This document shows positions 19,126-28,608 of a stretch of 64,000 nt of DNA, piece after piece. The translations under genes and the position numbers were made by a program. Position 1 is the stretch's first letter. Each line of letters begins with the position of its first letter. A model generated the notes under the pieces. That model was not told the origin of the DNA. It saw nothing but the letters and a program-made list of their open reading frames with translations, and did not search any database. Source of the stretch: Deltaproteobacteria bacterium (GTDB lineage: Bacteria; JAGRBM01; JAHCIT01); the NCBI GenBank assembly GCA_026129095.1, contig JAHCIT010000007.1, forward strand, positions 124,001 through 188,000. The letters run 5' to 3'.

Positions 19126-20055
19126 ATGGGAAACGTCATACCCCGGCATTTTGGGCCCTACCGCGAAGGTGGCGCGCTGGAAGAAGCCTGGCGGGCGCTC
19201 GCCTGCCGTGTTGGCGCAACCGAATCAGTCGCGGGCCATTCCGTCGAGGGACGGCCCCTCTGGCGGTTTGATCTCGGCACGGATGACCAGCCCTCAGTCC
19301 TCCTCACGGCCCTTATCCACGGCAACGAACTGATCGGCTCGGAAGCCCTCTTTCACCTGGTGGAAACACTGGCGCTTCCGGATAGTGCCCGGCCCGTCTT
19401 GGATCAGGTCCGGCTTGTCATCCTGCCGGTGATGAACCCCGACGCACTGGCCGCCAATACCGGGAAGCTGATGGCCGGCGAGCGTGCCTGGCAGCGGTGG
19501 AACCGCCGCGGTGTGGACCTGAATCGTAATTTTCCGGTAATCGGGCAGTGCCACCTCCTGCATCCCTTTTCTGGGTCGGCTGTTCGCTGGTCGCCATATT
19601 ACGCAGGCCCTCATCCGGGGTCAGAGCCGGAAACGCATACCCTGGTGAAGGTAGCAAAGGAGGTCCACCCGGCCCTTTCTCTTGGCTTTCACAGTTTCGG
19701 CAATATGCTGCTTTATCCGTGGGGCCATACGCGGCGGCCCAGCCCCCGGCGCGGGTACTACCGCCGTATCACACAGTCATTCGTGGAGAGTGTCCGTCAC
19801 ACACCCTACAAGATTCTCCAGGCCAGCCATCTGTATCCCGTAACGGGCGATCTCGACGACTGGCTGGAAGCACGGTTTGGGACAACCGCCTTCACTGTCG
19901 AGGTGAGCCAGCTCGACTGCCGGCTCCTCGATCCCCGGCGCCTGCTCAATCCCTTCTCCTGGATGAATCCGGTCAACCTGCGCGGAACCGTACGGAACCT
20001 CACCCCCGGCCTCATTGCCCTCATGGATGGCTGGGTCCGTACGGCAGACGTCTGA
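19126..20055 (+). CDS. M14 family zinc carboxypeptidase
   Basis: GHSVEGRPL, HGNE, NPDA, DLNRNF, SEPET, FHSF, FTVEV. Confidence 0.9.
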   Translation: MGNVIPRHFGPYREGGALEEAWRALACRVGATESVAGHSVEGRPLWRFDLGTDDQPSVLLTALIHGNELIGSEALFHLVETLALPDSARPVLDQVRLVILPVMNPDALAANTGKLMAGERAWQRWNRRGVDLNRNFPVIGQCHLLHPFSGSAVRWSPYYAGPHPGSEPETHTLVKVAKEVHPALSLGFHSFGNMLLYPWGHTRRPSPRRGYYRRITQSFVESVRHTPYKILQASHLYPVTGDLDDWLEARFGTTAFTVEVSQLDCRLLDPRRLLNPFSWMNPVNLRGTVRNLTPGLIALMDGWVRTADV

Positions 20056-20074
20056 CCGCATGGCCGGTTCCTTT

Positions 20075-21958
20075 TTATCGAAGAATCGTGATCAGCCCGG
20101 AACCTGAATGAATGAGCTGGATGATGTCGATTGCATTGGGCGGATCATTGTCGAGCGCATGCTGCACGGCGGCCCGATAGAGCAGGATGGACGGCAAGAC
20201 CACAAAGCCCCTCGCCTTGGCCAGATCAGCCAGGCCGGTGTCGATCGGCGACCGTTCCAGTGCGCTCTTGTCCCGTTCCTGATTGACGACGATGACTCCC
20301 TTGGTCTGCACATCGGCGTCAGCCAGGGCATGCAACAGCAGCCGACCGGCGTCTGACTTGACGGTACCGGTCTTGGTGACGGCCAGAACCAGAAACTTTC
20401 CAATACCGGCATCAGCAAGAATGAGCCCCTGTCCGGTAATCTCGGTCGAACTGCTCAGGATGGTGGTAAAGAAGTTCCGGACAGCCCGGTGAAAACTCTC
20501 GGGAGAACCCGCCACAAGCGGTGTCCATGAGTCGGCCTTGGAGCGCCGGCCCTGAAGAGTGGAGTATTCCTCCTCCAGTCTGGAGATTTCGTCACGGATA
20601 CCGGCTTGCCGTTCCAGTATCTCCCCTAGCCCAGGCAACGTCCCGTGAAGCGCGTCCAGCCAAGGGGGATGTCCGCCCTCGTCAGATGCGGCTTCCATCA
20701 ACGGCTCCGGATCCGCATCGGCGGGCGGCTGCGAAACCGGTTTCGGTGTGTCCCGTGATGCAAAGACCGTGGCATCGGCAGCCGGGTCCGGAACGACCGC
20801 TGTATCCGCTTCAATACCGGAACTGTCGGCATCAGGAGCGGCACCGTCCAATACGTCACTGCCAAATGGATCGCTCTCGGACAGGTTGAAGGTCTTGTCG
20901 AACTCGCCAGACTCATCGAGACCGTCCAGCGGCGAGGCTGGTGCGGGGGGACCGGGTGTTTTTTCCGCCTGCGAAGCGGTAGCAGGCGGCATGGCAGCAG
21001 CCGGGCTCTCGGCAGCAAGGCGCCGGGCGAACGGATCATCATCCGGGATATTACCTGGCCTGTCGCCGTCTGCCTCTTCGCTTGCCAGCGCAGATGCCGC
21101 GTCGAGCACCGGATCTTCCGGAGATACGTCGAACTCGGCCGATGGAGAGCCCAGAGACGGTCCAGCTTCAGCAGTTCCCAGATCCATCACGTCGAGATCA
21201 CCGGCATCTGCACCATCGGCCACAGCTTCTGTGGCTGTTTCTCCGGACGGTGCTTCCACATTTCCGGTTTCCAGCGCGCCCAGATCCAGCGCATCACTGG
21301 CATCAGCCACTGTTTCGGTTTCCAGTTCTGTGCCGGAAGGCGGTTCGGCCGCACCTGCAGAAGTAATACCGGCAGATGGATGTGCGAGAGCCCAGTCCAC
21401 GACCGCAACCAGAAGGTTCTTTTTGTCTTCCGACTGGGGAAGCAGAGTGACGAAGCCGTTTCCAACCGGGCAGTGAATCCCTACCGGTGTCTGGTCCTCG
21501 GACACAAGGAATGGCGTACAGCCATCAAGCGTCTTTGCATCAAATGCACAGGTAGAAAAAAGGGTTGTCAGCACGGGGTCAGCTAAAACTGGCCCACCGC
21601 CATCAGAACCGGCAACAACCTTCGTCACCAGGTCGTCCTGGACGCCGAGCCGCTCCCCAAGAGCCGGAATCCACTGATAGACATTCTTGTTGCCACCTGA
21701 CGTACGGATACTGGGCCGCGTAGTCAGACAAACGAGTCCAGCGCCCTTGCGGACAGCCGCGTCGATATCATTCCGCAGGTCGATCAGTGTCTTGTAGGAA
21801 TCCTCCCGGAGGAGATTCATGTCGCAGAGAAAAAGACCGCCGTCAGCGAATTCGCGGAGCAGGGAGTCCTTGTCAGCCGCAGCAAGGCTGCACCGGACCA
21901 GATCAACACCCGGCCGGTCAATCGCCAGATCCGTCTGAAGCAGCACTATTCGGGTCAC
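20075..21958 (-). CDS. hypothetical protein: N-terminal alpha/beta domain, acidic low-complexity linker, coiled coil, degenerate REase-like C-terminal domain
   Basis: 627-aa ORF filling the gap between flanking genes, with a D/E/A/P/S-rich central third. Confidence 0.7.
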   Translation of the reverse strand: MTRIVLLQTDLAIDRPGVDLVRCSLAAADKDSLLREFADGGLFLCDMNLLREDSYKTLIDLRNDIDAAVRKGAGLVCLTTRPSIRTSGGNKNVYQWIPALGERLGVQDDLVTKVVAGSDGGGPVLADPVLTTLFSTCAFDAKTLDGCTPFLVSEDQTPVGIHCPVGNGFVTLLPQSEDKKNLLVAVVDWALAHPSAGITSAGAAEPPSGTELETETVADASDALDLGALETGNVEAPSGETATEAVADGADAGDLDVMDLGTAEAGPSLGSPSAEFDVSPEDPVLDAASALASEEADGDRPGNIPDDDPFARRLAAESPAAAMPPATASQAEKTPGPPAPASPLDGLDESGEFDKTFNLSESDPFGSDVLDGAAPDADSSGIEADTAVVPDPAADATVFASRDTPKPVSQPPADADPEPLMEAASDEGGHPPWLDALHGTLPGLGEILERQAGIRDEISRLEEEYSTLQGRRSKADSWTPLVAGSPESFHRAVRNFFTTILSSSTEITGQGLILADAGIGKFLVLAVTKTGTVKSDAGRLLLHALADADVQTKGVIVVNQERDKSALERSPIDTGLADLAKARGFVVLPSILLYRAAVQHALDNDPPNAIDIIQLIHSGSGLITILR

Positions 21959-22121
21959 AGCGCGGAAATTCCCTTACCCACAATCCCCGGTACTTTTAAC
22001 GTGTTACCAACCCATGTTAGACCGCCAGGCACGGGAGAGGTCAAGTAAAAACAGATAGTTATGTTGCAATTGGAACCTGCCGCGAATGCTGGCGGTACCG
22101 AAGTGAAACAGAAACGTGCCG

Positions 22122-22796
22122 TTACAGCCCGAAATGGTCAATCAGATCGGCAACCGAATCTACGATGGCATCAGGCCCCACGCGTTCGAGTTCGTGAGCT
22201 GGAGAGCCTCCACTCCGCACGGCAACGGCCCAGCCGCATCCGGCCGTACGGGCACTGGTGATATCGACCGAGAGATCCCCCACCATTGCCATCCGGTTCG
22301 GACCGACCGCGAATGATTCTGCTGCGTGCAGGATCATCGAAGATTTGCACCAGGATCCGCCCACCTGCCGGAAATTGAAACTCCCCTGCGAGAGCACCAG
22401 GTCGAAGTGGCCCCGGATACCGAGGCGGTCCAGTTCTTCCGCCACATGATCACTCGGAGCTGAGCGGTTGGTGATGATCGCCGTGCGGATTCCGGCTGCA
22501 CGTATCCTGTCCAGTGCGTCGAAAACACCAGGATACGGCTCGCCGAGGGTTTCACCGGGGTCGAAGCAGAACCGGTCCAGGAACGTCCGCCAGAACGGCT
22601 CGATCCGTTCCGGGCGAACATCACTGGAAAGTCCGCCTGAACGGTAACGGACATGAAAATCGGCTACTTCCATCGGTGAAAGACCTTCGATGGCACGGGC
22701 GGCGTTGAGCGCCCGGCGAAACCGGCTCTCGACGTTGAGGATCGTTCCGTCGAGATCGAAGTTGATGACATCAGGCATCGGTGATTCGGGTGGCAT
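22122..22796 (-). CDS. HAD family hydrolase (phosphoglycolate phosphatase-like)
   Basis: FDLDGT, PYPGV, ITN, MVGDLSVD. The start overlaps the hslO stop (TGATG). Alternative start at 22778. Confidence 0.9.
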   Translation of the reverse strand: MPPESPMPDVINFDLDGTILNVESRFRRALNAARAIEGLSPMEVADFHVRYRSGGLSSDVRPERIEPFWRTFLDRFCFDPGETLGEPYPGVFDALDRIRAAGIRTAIITNRSAPSDHVAEELDRLGIRGHFDLVLSQGSFNFRQVGGSWCKSSMILHAAESFAVGPNRMAMVGDLSVDITSARTAGCGWAVAVRSGGSPAHELERVGPDAIVDSVADLIDHFGL

Positions 22797-23722
22797 CAGT
22801 CCGGACGGCCCCCTTCCGCCCCGCCGCCGATAATCAGCGCCATCTCGTCCGGCGGGAAGGCATATTCGGCATTGCACCAGTGACAGGTTGCTACTGCCGA
22901 ACCATCCGGCTCGGTGAGGCCCGAGATGTCCGCAGGACTCATCTGCCGGAAAATGTTGAGCACGCGCTCCCGGGAGCAGTTGCAGCGGTAATGTACCGCC
23001 TGGTTGCCCAGCAGGTGCGGACCAAATGGTCCCAGCACCGACTCGATGAACTCCTCCGGCCGGTCCATGCAGGCCCTGCCTTCCCGTTCGGCGGCATCGA
23101 GAGCGGCGCGAATGGGCACAAAGAGATCGAGGTCGGTCCCCGGCAGCGCCTGGATGGAAAGTCCGGCCGCCGCATACCGGCCCGGCGCTCCGGTAACGGC
23201 AGTGCGGATTTCGGTTTCCACCTGATCGGAAGTCGAAAGATGCAGCGCGACGTCAGCCCCGATGGCCCCGAGCCGAAACTCTGTTATTCCCTGATAAACC
23301 ACACGGTCCGGCAGCGATCGGGTCACCTGAATGATTCCCGGCGGAGCCATCAGGTTCGCCGCCGTGACGGCAGTGGGCCATTCGTTTTCGGGTGCCGTCC
23401 GGAGATAGCCGCGCAGGTGGCCGCGGTGGTCGCAGTCGGCATTGAGCGAACGGATGAGGCCACGGCCATAGATGGAAAGCGTGTACTTTTCTTCCGCTTT
23501 TGAAGGAGTGGCGAGCAGTGCCGTGCTCACGAGTGCCTCGCCCAAGACTTCGGCCCGTACGCCATCCAGCTGATGCAGGAGGCAGGCACGGGTAACCGAA
23601 TCGTTCAGACGGGCCACGGCAAAACGGAACGCCCCGTCCTGAAGCACCCCGGACCGGATCCGGTCGGGTCCAGGCCGAGCCATACCCTCATTTTCTCTAG
23701 TTATTTCAGCGTGTTGGGTCAT
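22796..23722 (-). CDS. hslO: Hsp33 redox-regulated chaperone
   Basis: G-x-LRGY, SDQV, C-terminal YRCNCSRER...CHWC zinc motif. Confidence 0.9.
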   Translation of the reverse strand: MTQHAEITRENEGMARPGPDRIRSGVLQDGAFRFAVARLNDSVTRACLLHQLDGVRAEVLGEALVSTALLATPSKAEEKYTLSIYGRGLIRSLNADCDHRGHLRGYLRTAPENEWPTAVTAANLMAPPGIIQVTRSLPDRVVYQGITEFRLGAIGADVALHLSTSDQVETEIRTAVTGAPGRYAAAGLSIQALPGTDLDLFVPIRAALDAAEREGRACMDRPEEFIESVLGPFGPHLLGNQAVHYRCNCSRERVLNIFRQMSPADISGLTEPDGSAVATCHWCNAEYAFPPDEMALIIGGGAEGGRPD

Positions 23723-23819
23723 TCAGGCGATGCCGTCAGCTCTAGTATAACCACTCCCACAGAAAAGTTGAGGAGGCGTGGTGAGCCGTGGCGAAGCGTG
23801 GCGGGCCGCGAGAATCCTT

Positions 23820-24827
23820 TTACCCCCCAATCGCCGACATGAAACGGCTGGAGGGGGCTGTGGCGTACTGGCCAATGAGGTGTGCTTCCGGCTTTTCACG
23901 GATAATGCGGCGGAAAACGTTGACTATATCTTCATCCGCTTTTCCCGGATCCCGGACAATGGCCCGGAGGTCGCACTCGGCGTTGTCAAAAAGGCACCAG
24001 CGGAGCTGTCCCTCGGCGGTCAGGCGCAAGCGGTCGCAATGTTCGCAGAAACTGTGGCTCACCGCGGAGATGAACTCCACCCGACCCGGCGCACCCTTCA
24101 CAGCATAAAGCCCGTTGTTTCCCTTGGAACCCGCCTCGTCAGTAACGAGATCGAACGGATACTCAAGACGGATCCGGCGGACGAGTTCGGATGACGGGAT
24201 CGTATCTCCAAGGGTTTCCACGCCGTCATACTGTCCTGAGAGAGGCATGTTCTCGATAAAACGCACGATCACGGGTTCGCGGGTCGTCCACTCCACGAAG
24301 TCCAGCACCTCGTCATCATTCACGCCGGGCAGCACGACACAGTTTATTTTGAGCGGATTGAATCCTGCCTCCCGGGCAGCACGAATGCCTTCCATTACGC
24401 GGTGGTGGTCGTCCCGCTTGCTGATCCTGATGAAAGTTTCCGGGCGGAAGGTATCCAGGCTCACGTTGATGCGCCGGACACCGGCCTCGCGGATTCCATC
24501 GGCAAGGCCGGCCAGCAGGATGCCATTGGTAGTGAGCGTCACATCCTTCAGGCCATCAATGGCCGTAAGCATCCCCAGAAACCCAACAATACCGCTACGA
24601 ACCAGCGGCTCACCGCCTGTCACCCGTATTTTTTCGATACCAAGCGGCACCATGGCACGGACAATCCGTATCCATTCCTCATAGGAAAGCAGTTCATGCC
24701 GCGGTTTCCAGTCGAGGCCTTCCTCCGGCATGCAGTAGGTGCAGCGCAAGTTACAGCGGTCCGTTACCGATATCCTCAGATACCGGATCCGGCGCTGGAA
24801 CGAATCGGTAAGCGCTAGGGCCGCCAC
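23820..24827 (-). CDS. moaA: GTP 3',8-cyclase MoaA
   Basis: YLRISVTDRCNLRCTYCMP, TGGEPL, FCEHCDRLRLT, C-terminal MSAIGG. Confidence 0.97.
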   Translation of the reverse strand: MAALALTDSFQRRIRYLRISVTDRCNLRCTYCMPEEGLDWKPRHELLSYEEWIRIVRAMVPLGIEKIRVTGGEPLVRSGIVGFLGMLTAIDGLKDVTLTTNGILLAGLADGIREAGVRRINVSLDTFRPETFIRISKRDDHHRVMEGIRAAREAGFNPLKINCVVLPGVNDDEVLDFVEWTTREPVIVRFIENMPLSGQYDGVETLGDTIPSSELVRRIRLEYPFDLVTDEAGSKGNNGLYAVKGAPGRVEFISAVSHSFCEHCDRLRLTAEGQLRWCLFDNAECDLRAIVRDPGKADEDIVNVFRRIIREKPEAHLIGQYATAPSSRFMSAIGG

Positions 24828-24893
24828 GCCTGCTGTTATACCCCGGTCCCGGGATACGGGAAAGCGCCAACAAGGGATGTCCCCCGGTCTTCT

Positions 24894-27764
24894 TCAGTCC
24901 CTGGGCAAATCAGGGTCTCCGGTAACATGGGTCGGGGGTGCCTCCGGCATGTGCGGCGACTGACCGTCATCTTCGGGCTCCAGGTCGCCATAAAGCGAGG
25001 GGCCCACACCTCCCTGGAACCGGTCTCCACTTTCGGCCGGGGGTGACGGCTCTGTGCCCCGGACAAACGGCATCACCACGCCCGGAAGAACCGGGAGAGG
25101 CGGAGCGCCTCTGGGAGGTTTCGGAACCGGTGGAGGCAATCCAGTGCCGCCAGAAGTGTAATACTCATCGAGATAGGGATCCGCGATCCGGTCTCCCGTG
25201 GAGGGGTCAATACGAACGAGCACGATATCGGACGGAATGGGAAACTGCTCGTCAGCCGGATCCTCTGGAGCGAGCGGAAGCATAAACTCCAGCCAGGTTG
25301 GAGCAGACAGCAGGCCGCCCGATGCATAGCGTCCCAGCGAACGGTTGTCGTCGTAACCCATCCAGACACCGGCCACGAGTTTCGAGTCAAACCCGACAAA
25401 CCAGGCGTCACGGTTGTCACTGGAAGTACCCGTCTTGCCTCCGGCCGGGCGGCCAATACGGGCAGCCCGGCCACCCGTGCCCTCGGTAATGACCGCCGAA
25501 AGCATGGAAGTCATGATGTAGGCCGTCGTGGGGCTGATAATCCGGTTGGGAGCGGTTTCACCGGCCTTTTCGTTCACTGCCTTTTCCACTTCCACCCGGA
25601 ACAGGGGCAAGCCATCGGGGCCGTTGGCACCCGTCAGGAGACGGCTACCGATACGCTGCCCGCCATTCGGGAAAATGGCCAGTCCACGCACCATCTCCAG
25701 CAGTGTCACTGGTGCTGATCCCAGCGCCAGTGTGTAGTCAGCCGGCATTTCCGACTGCATGCCGGCACGTTTCACGAACTCGGCCGACCGGGCGACACTC
25801 ACTCGCTCGTCCAGCACCAGTTTCACGGCAATCGTATTAACCGACAGGGCAAGTGCCTTGCGAAGCGTGATCTCACCCATGAAAGCGTCGTCGTGGTTCT
25901 TGGGCATCCACAACTCGTCGTGCCGTGCGCCGGGAAGCACCACGGCCGTATCAAACATCTTCGTGACCTGGGTATATCCGCTCTCGATTGCCTGCGCGTA
26001 TATGAATGGCTTGAAGGCGCTGCCCGGCTGACGGAGCGCCTGTGTGGTGCGGTTGAACGGGCTTTTTTCGAAGCTGTAGCCTCCCACCATCGCCAGGATG
26101 TCCCCATTGAAAGGGTCAAGCGCGATCAGCGCACCCTGAATTTCCGGCTCCTGTTCAAGCGAAAGCGGAAATACCGGCTCCGGCATCTCCTCCGGTCTGC
26201 CCGGCATCACGAACTCCGCCGCTTCGGCATCGATGATTTTTACGTTAATGACGTCCCCGGCCGAGACCGCTTGCGCCGGATCCTTGATCGTGGACTTGGC
26301 GGGCGAGACGTTAGGATTGGGCTGACGTGCCCATTCCATATCAGCGAGCGCGATTATGCCTGCATGGTGTGGCGACAGTGCCACGAGAGCACCCTTGCCG
26401 GCATCCGTGGAGGTGCGGCCGGTTTTACGCCTGAAATCTCCGGTCTTCAGCACGAGCCCCTGATAACGTTCCCCGATGCGCGGACGCGTTTCGGCAGCAT
26501 CGAGACGGTTTTGCCTTGCCAGTTCCGCGACTGCAGGCATGAACTCCTCTTTCGGCGCCTTGCGTAGCGGCCCGCGCCAGCCAGAAAGCTTGTCGGCGTT
26601 CTCGATGCCCCGCCGGAGCACTTCCCACGCGTGCTTCTGCATCTGTCCGTCAATCGTCGACCGGACCTTGATACCCGACTGGAACAGTTCCTCCTCGCCC
26701 ATCCGGCGTATCAGTTCGAGGCGAAGTTCTTCCATTGGATAGGAAAGATGCGGCGATTCGGAATGGAATTTCGGCTGCGGATAGACAACCACCTGTTCAT
26801 CCAGTGCCTGCTGGTACTCGTCCTGTGTGATCATACGGTTAACGAGCATCTGCTGGAGTACATACCGCTGCCGTTCGGTGGCTCCCGCGAAGTTTATCAC
26901 CGGATTGAGCGTCGAAGGCGCCTTGGGAAGTCCCGCCAGCATTGCTGCCTCGGCTACCGTTACTTCCGGCAGGGTTTTCCGGAAGTAGGTTTCAGCCGCC
27001 ACCTTCACGCCATAGGAACCATTCCCGAGAAATATCTGGTTCAGATAAAGGTAGAGGATTTCCTCCTTGGTGAAATTCTTCTCGATCCGGTAGGCGAGGA
27101 TCGCCTCCTTGATCTTGCGTTCATACCGGCGCTCGCTCGTGAGGAGGAATGTCTTGGCCACCTGCTGTGTGATGGTGGATGCACCTTGCTTCACTTCGCC
27201 AGCCATGAAGTTCTTGATGGCGGCACGGGCGATGGCCACCATGTCGATACCGCCATGTTCGAAAAACGACGAATCCTCGGCCGCACGGAACGCATCCACC
27301 ACAACGCGGGGAATCTCCTCGTAGGGGACGAGCTTGCGCCGCTCCTTCCAGAACTCCCAGACCACCTGCCCGTTCCGGTCCTCGACTTCGACCGACAGGT
27401 CAGGCCGGTAAGATGACAGCTTGTCCAGTTTCGGCAGATCGCGGGCCATCTCGGCATAGACAAACCCCGCAATCCCGCCCCCCGTGAGCACAAGCAGGAT
27501 CAGCGCAGCCAGCAGGTAATAAAGGAGTTCCCGGCGCCGGAGTTTATTCGGGTCAGGTAGATCCCCGACCAGGTCCGGCTCCTGGGCAGGGGGGAGGTCT
27601 TCGTCCTCCGGCGGATGCTCCTCTTCCGGACGGTCGGACGTAGGCGCCGGGTCAGCCAGCCAGCCGGAACTGTCGTCGGAAAGAGTCAGGTCAAGACGCT
27701 TTTGAGGTGCCTCGTCCGGCAACTCACTATCTGGGGGCTTGTTGTTCTCGTCAACGTCAGACAT
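24894..27764 (-). CDS. mrcA: penicillin-binding protein 1A (class A, transglycosylase + transpeptidase)
   Basis: AEDSSFFEHGG, GASTITQQ, RKIKE, RQPGSAFKP (SxxK), SVN, KTGT, N-terminal TM. Confidence 0.93.
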   Translation of the reverse strand: MSDVDENNKPPDSELPDEAPQKRLDLTLSDDSSGWLADPAPTSDRPEEEHPPEDEDLPPAQEPDLVGDLPDPNKLRRRELLYYLLAALILLVLTGGGIAGFVYAEMARDLPKLDKLSSYRPDLSVEVEDRNGQVVWEFWKERRKLVPYEEIPRVVVDAFRAAEDSSFFEHGGIDMVAIARAAIKNFMAGEVKQGASTITQQVAKTFLLTSERRYERKIKEAILAYRIEKNFTKEEILYLYLNQIFLGNGSYGVKVAAETYFRKTLPEVTVAEAAMLAGLPKAPSTLNPVINFAGATERQRYVLQQMLVNRMITQDEYQQALDEQVVVYPQPKFHSESPHLSYPMEELRLELIRRMGEEELFQSGIKVRSTIDGQMQKHAWEVLRRGIENADKLSGWRGPLRKAPKEEFMPAVAELARQNRLDAAETRPRIGERYQGLVLKTGDFRRKTGRTSTDAGKGALVALSPHHAGIIALADMEWARQPNPNVSPAKSTIKDPAQAVSAGDVINVKIIDAEAAEFVMPGRPEEMPEPVFPLSLEQEPEIQGALIALDPFNGDILAMVGGYSFEKSPFNRTTQALRQPGSAFKPFIYAQAIESGYTQVTKMFDTAVVLPGARHDELWMPKNHDDAFMGEITLRKALALSVNTIAVKLVLDERVSVARSAEFVKRAGMQSEMPADYTLALGSAPVTLLEMVRGLAIFPNGGQRIGSRLLTGANGPDGLPLFRVEVEKAVNEKAGETAPNRIISPTTAYIMTSMLSAVITEGTGGRAARIGRPAGGKTGTSSDNRDAWFVGFDSKLVAGVWMGYDDNRSLGRYASGGLLSAPTWLEFMLPLAPEDPADEQFPIPSDIVLVRIDPSTGDRIADPYLDEYYTSGGTGLPPPVPKPPRGAPPLPVLPGVVMPFVRGTEPSPPAESGDRFQGGVGPSLYGDLEPEDDGQSPHMPEAPPTHVTGDPDLPRD

Positions 27765-27852
27765 CGGCCGTCCTGTTACCCCCAAAGCCCCCAAAACGTC
27801 CAGTCTACACCTTTGCTGCCCGGCGGGTTAAATACCGGGCGGATCCATCCGA

Positions 27853-28464
27853 ATGAACCGCTTTCCCCGCGATGCCGCCCTGACCGTCCTTCTTCTCTGC
27901 GGGACGTACGCAATGGGAAATGTCCTGCCGCTTGGTCCTGTCGCCTCGATAGCGGGCTATGCACTGCTGCTCTATGCGCCCCTCTGGCATGAGCGGCAGG
28001 GCAGGATCACTTTTGCAAGAATGGCCGGAGACAGGGCCCTCGCCTGGAAAGGCGCCGGCACGGGGCTCATCGCCGCGATGCTGATCTGCACTGGCTTTTA
28101 CCTCTTGTGGAGCGTGGTCCCAGGTGGAATTCCCTGGGTTGGCCAGCCCGGAACGCCGGACTTTACGCGGATCGTCACCACCCATGCTCTCGCCCTAATC
28201 GTTCTTTACCCGCTCGCCGAAGAGCTGTTTTTCAGGGGCTACCTTCAGGCCCGTCTCGAAGACAGTTCCTGGAGCCCGTGGGGTGCCATTACCGTCCAGG
28301 CAGCCCTGTTCGGCCTCGTGCATGCCCTGTCCTTCGCCAATCCCGCCGGTCTAATGACCTTTTTCCCTGCTCTTGTGATGGGAGTTCTGCGTCGAAGGAC
28401 CGGAACTCTGGCCGCTCCACTGGTCTTCCATATGGTAGCAAATGGGCTGATCGTAATAGTGTGA
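27853..28464 (+). CDS. CPBP (Abi/CAAX) intramembrane glutamic protease, myxosortase-like
   Basis: EELFFRGYLQ, FGLVH, FFPALVMG..RRRTG, FHMVAN. Hydrophobic throughout. Confidence 0.85.
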   Translation: MNRFPRDAALTVLLLCGTYAMGNVLPLGPVASIAGYALLLYAPLWHERQGRITFARMAGDRALAWKGAGTGLIAAMLICTGFYLLWSVVPGGIPWVGQPGTPDFTRIVTTHALALIVLYPLAEELFFRGYLQARLEDSSWSPWGAITVQAALFGLVHALSFANPAGLMTFFPALVMGVLRRRTGTLAAPLVFHMVANGLIVIV

Positions 28465-28535
28465 AAGGGGGTCTTTCCCCTCCCCTAAGGATGGCCAGCC
28501 CGCAACCGGGCCCGGCTCTCTCCGGATTTCCTGGC

Positions 28536-28570
28536 TTGACAGGAAACATCGCGTCATTTATTGTATTACA
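28536..28570 (+). promoter_or_regulatory. sigma70 promoter with overlapping palindromic operator
   Basis: TTGACA (28536-41), N17, TATTGT (28559-64). TGTATTACA at 28562-70 overlaps the -10. Confidence 0.65.
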
Positions 28571-28608
28571 AAATCATACGCCGCATGCCGCGGCGGAAGG
28601 ATGTTCCC

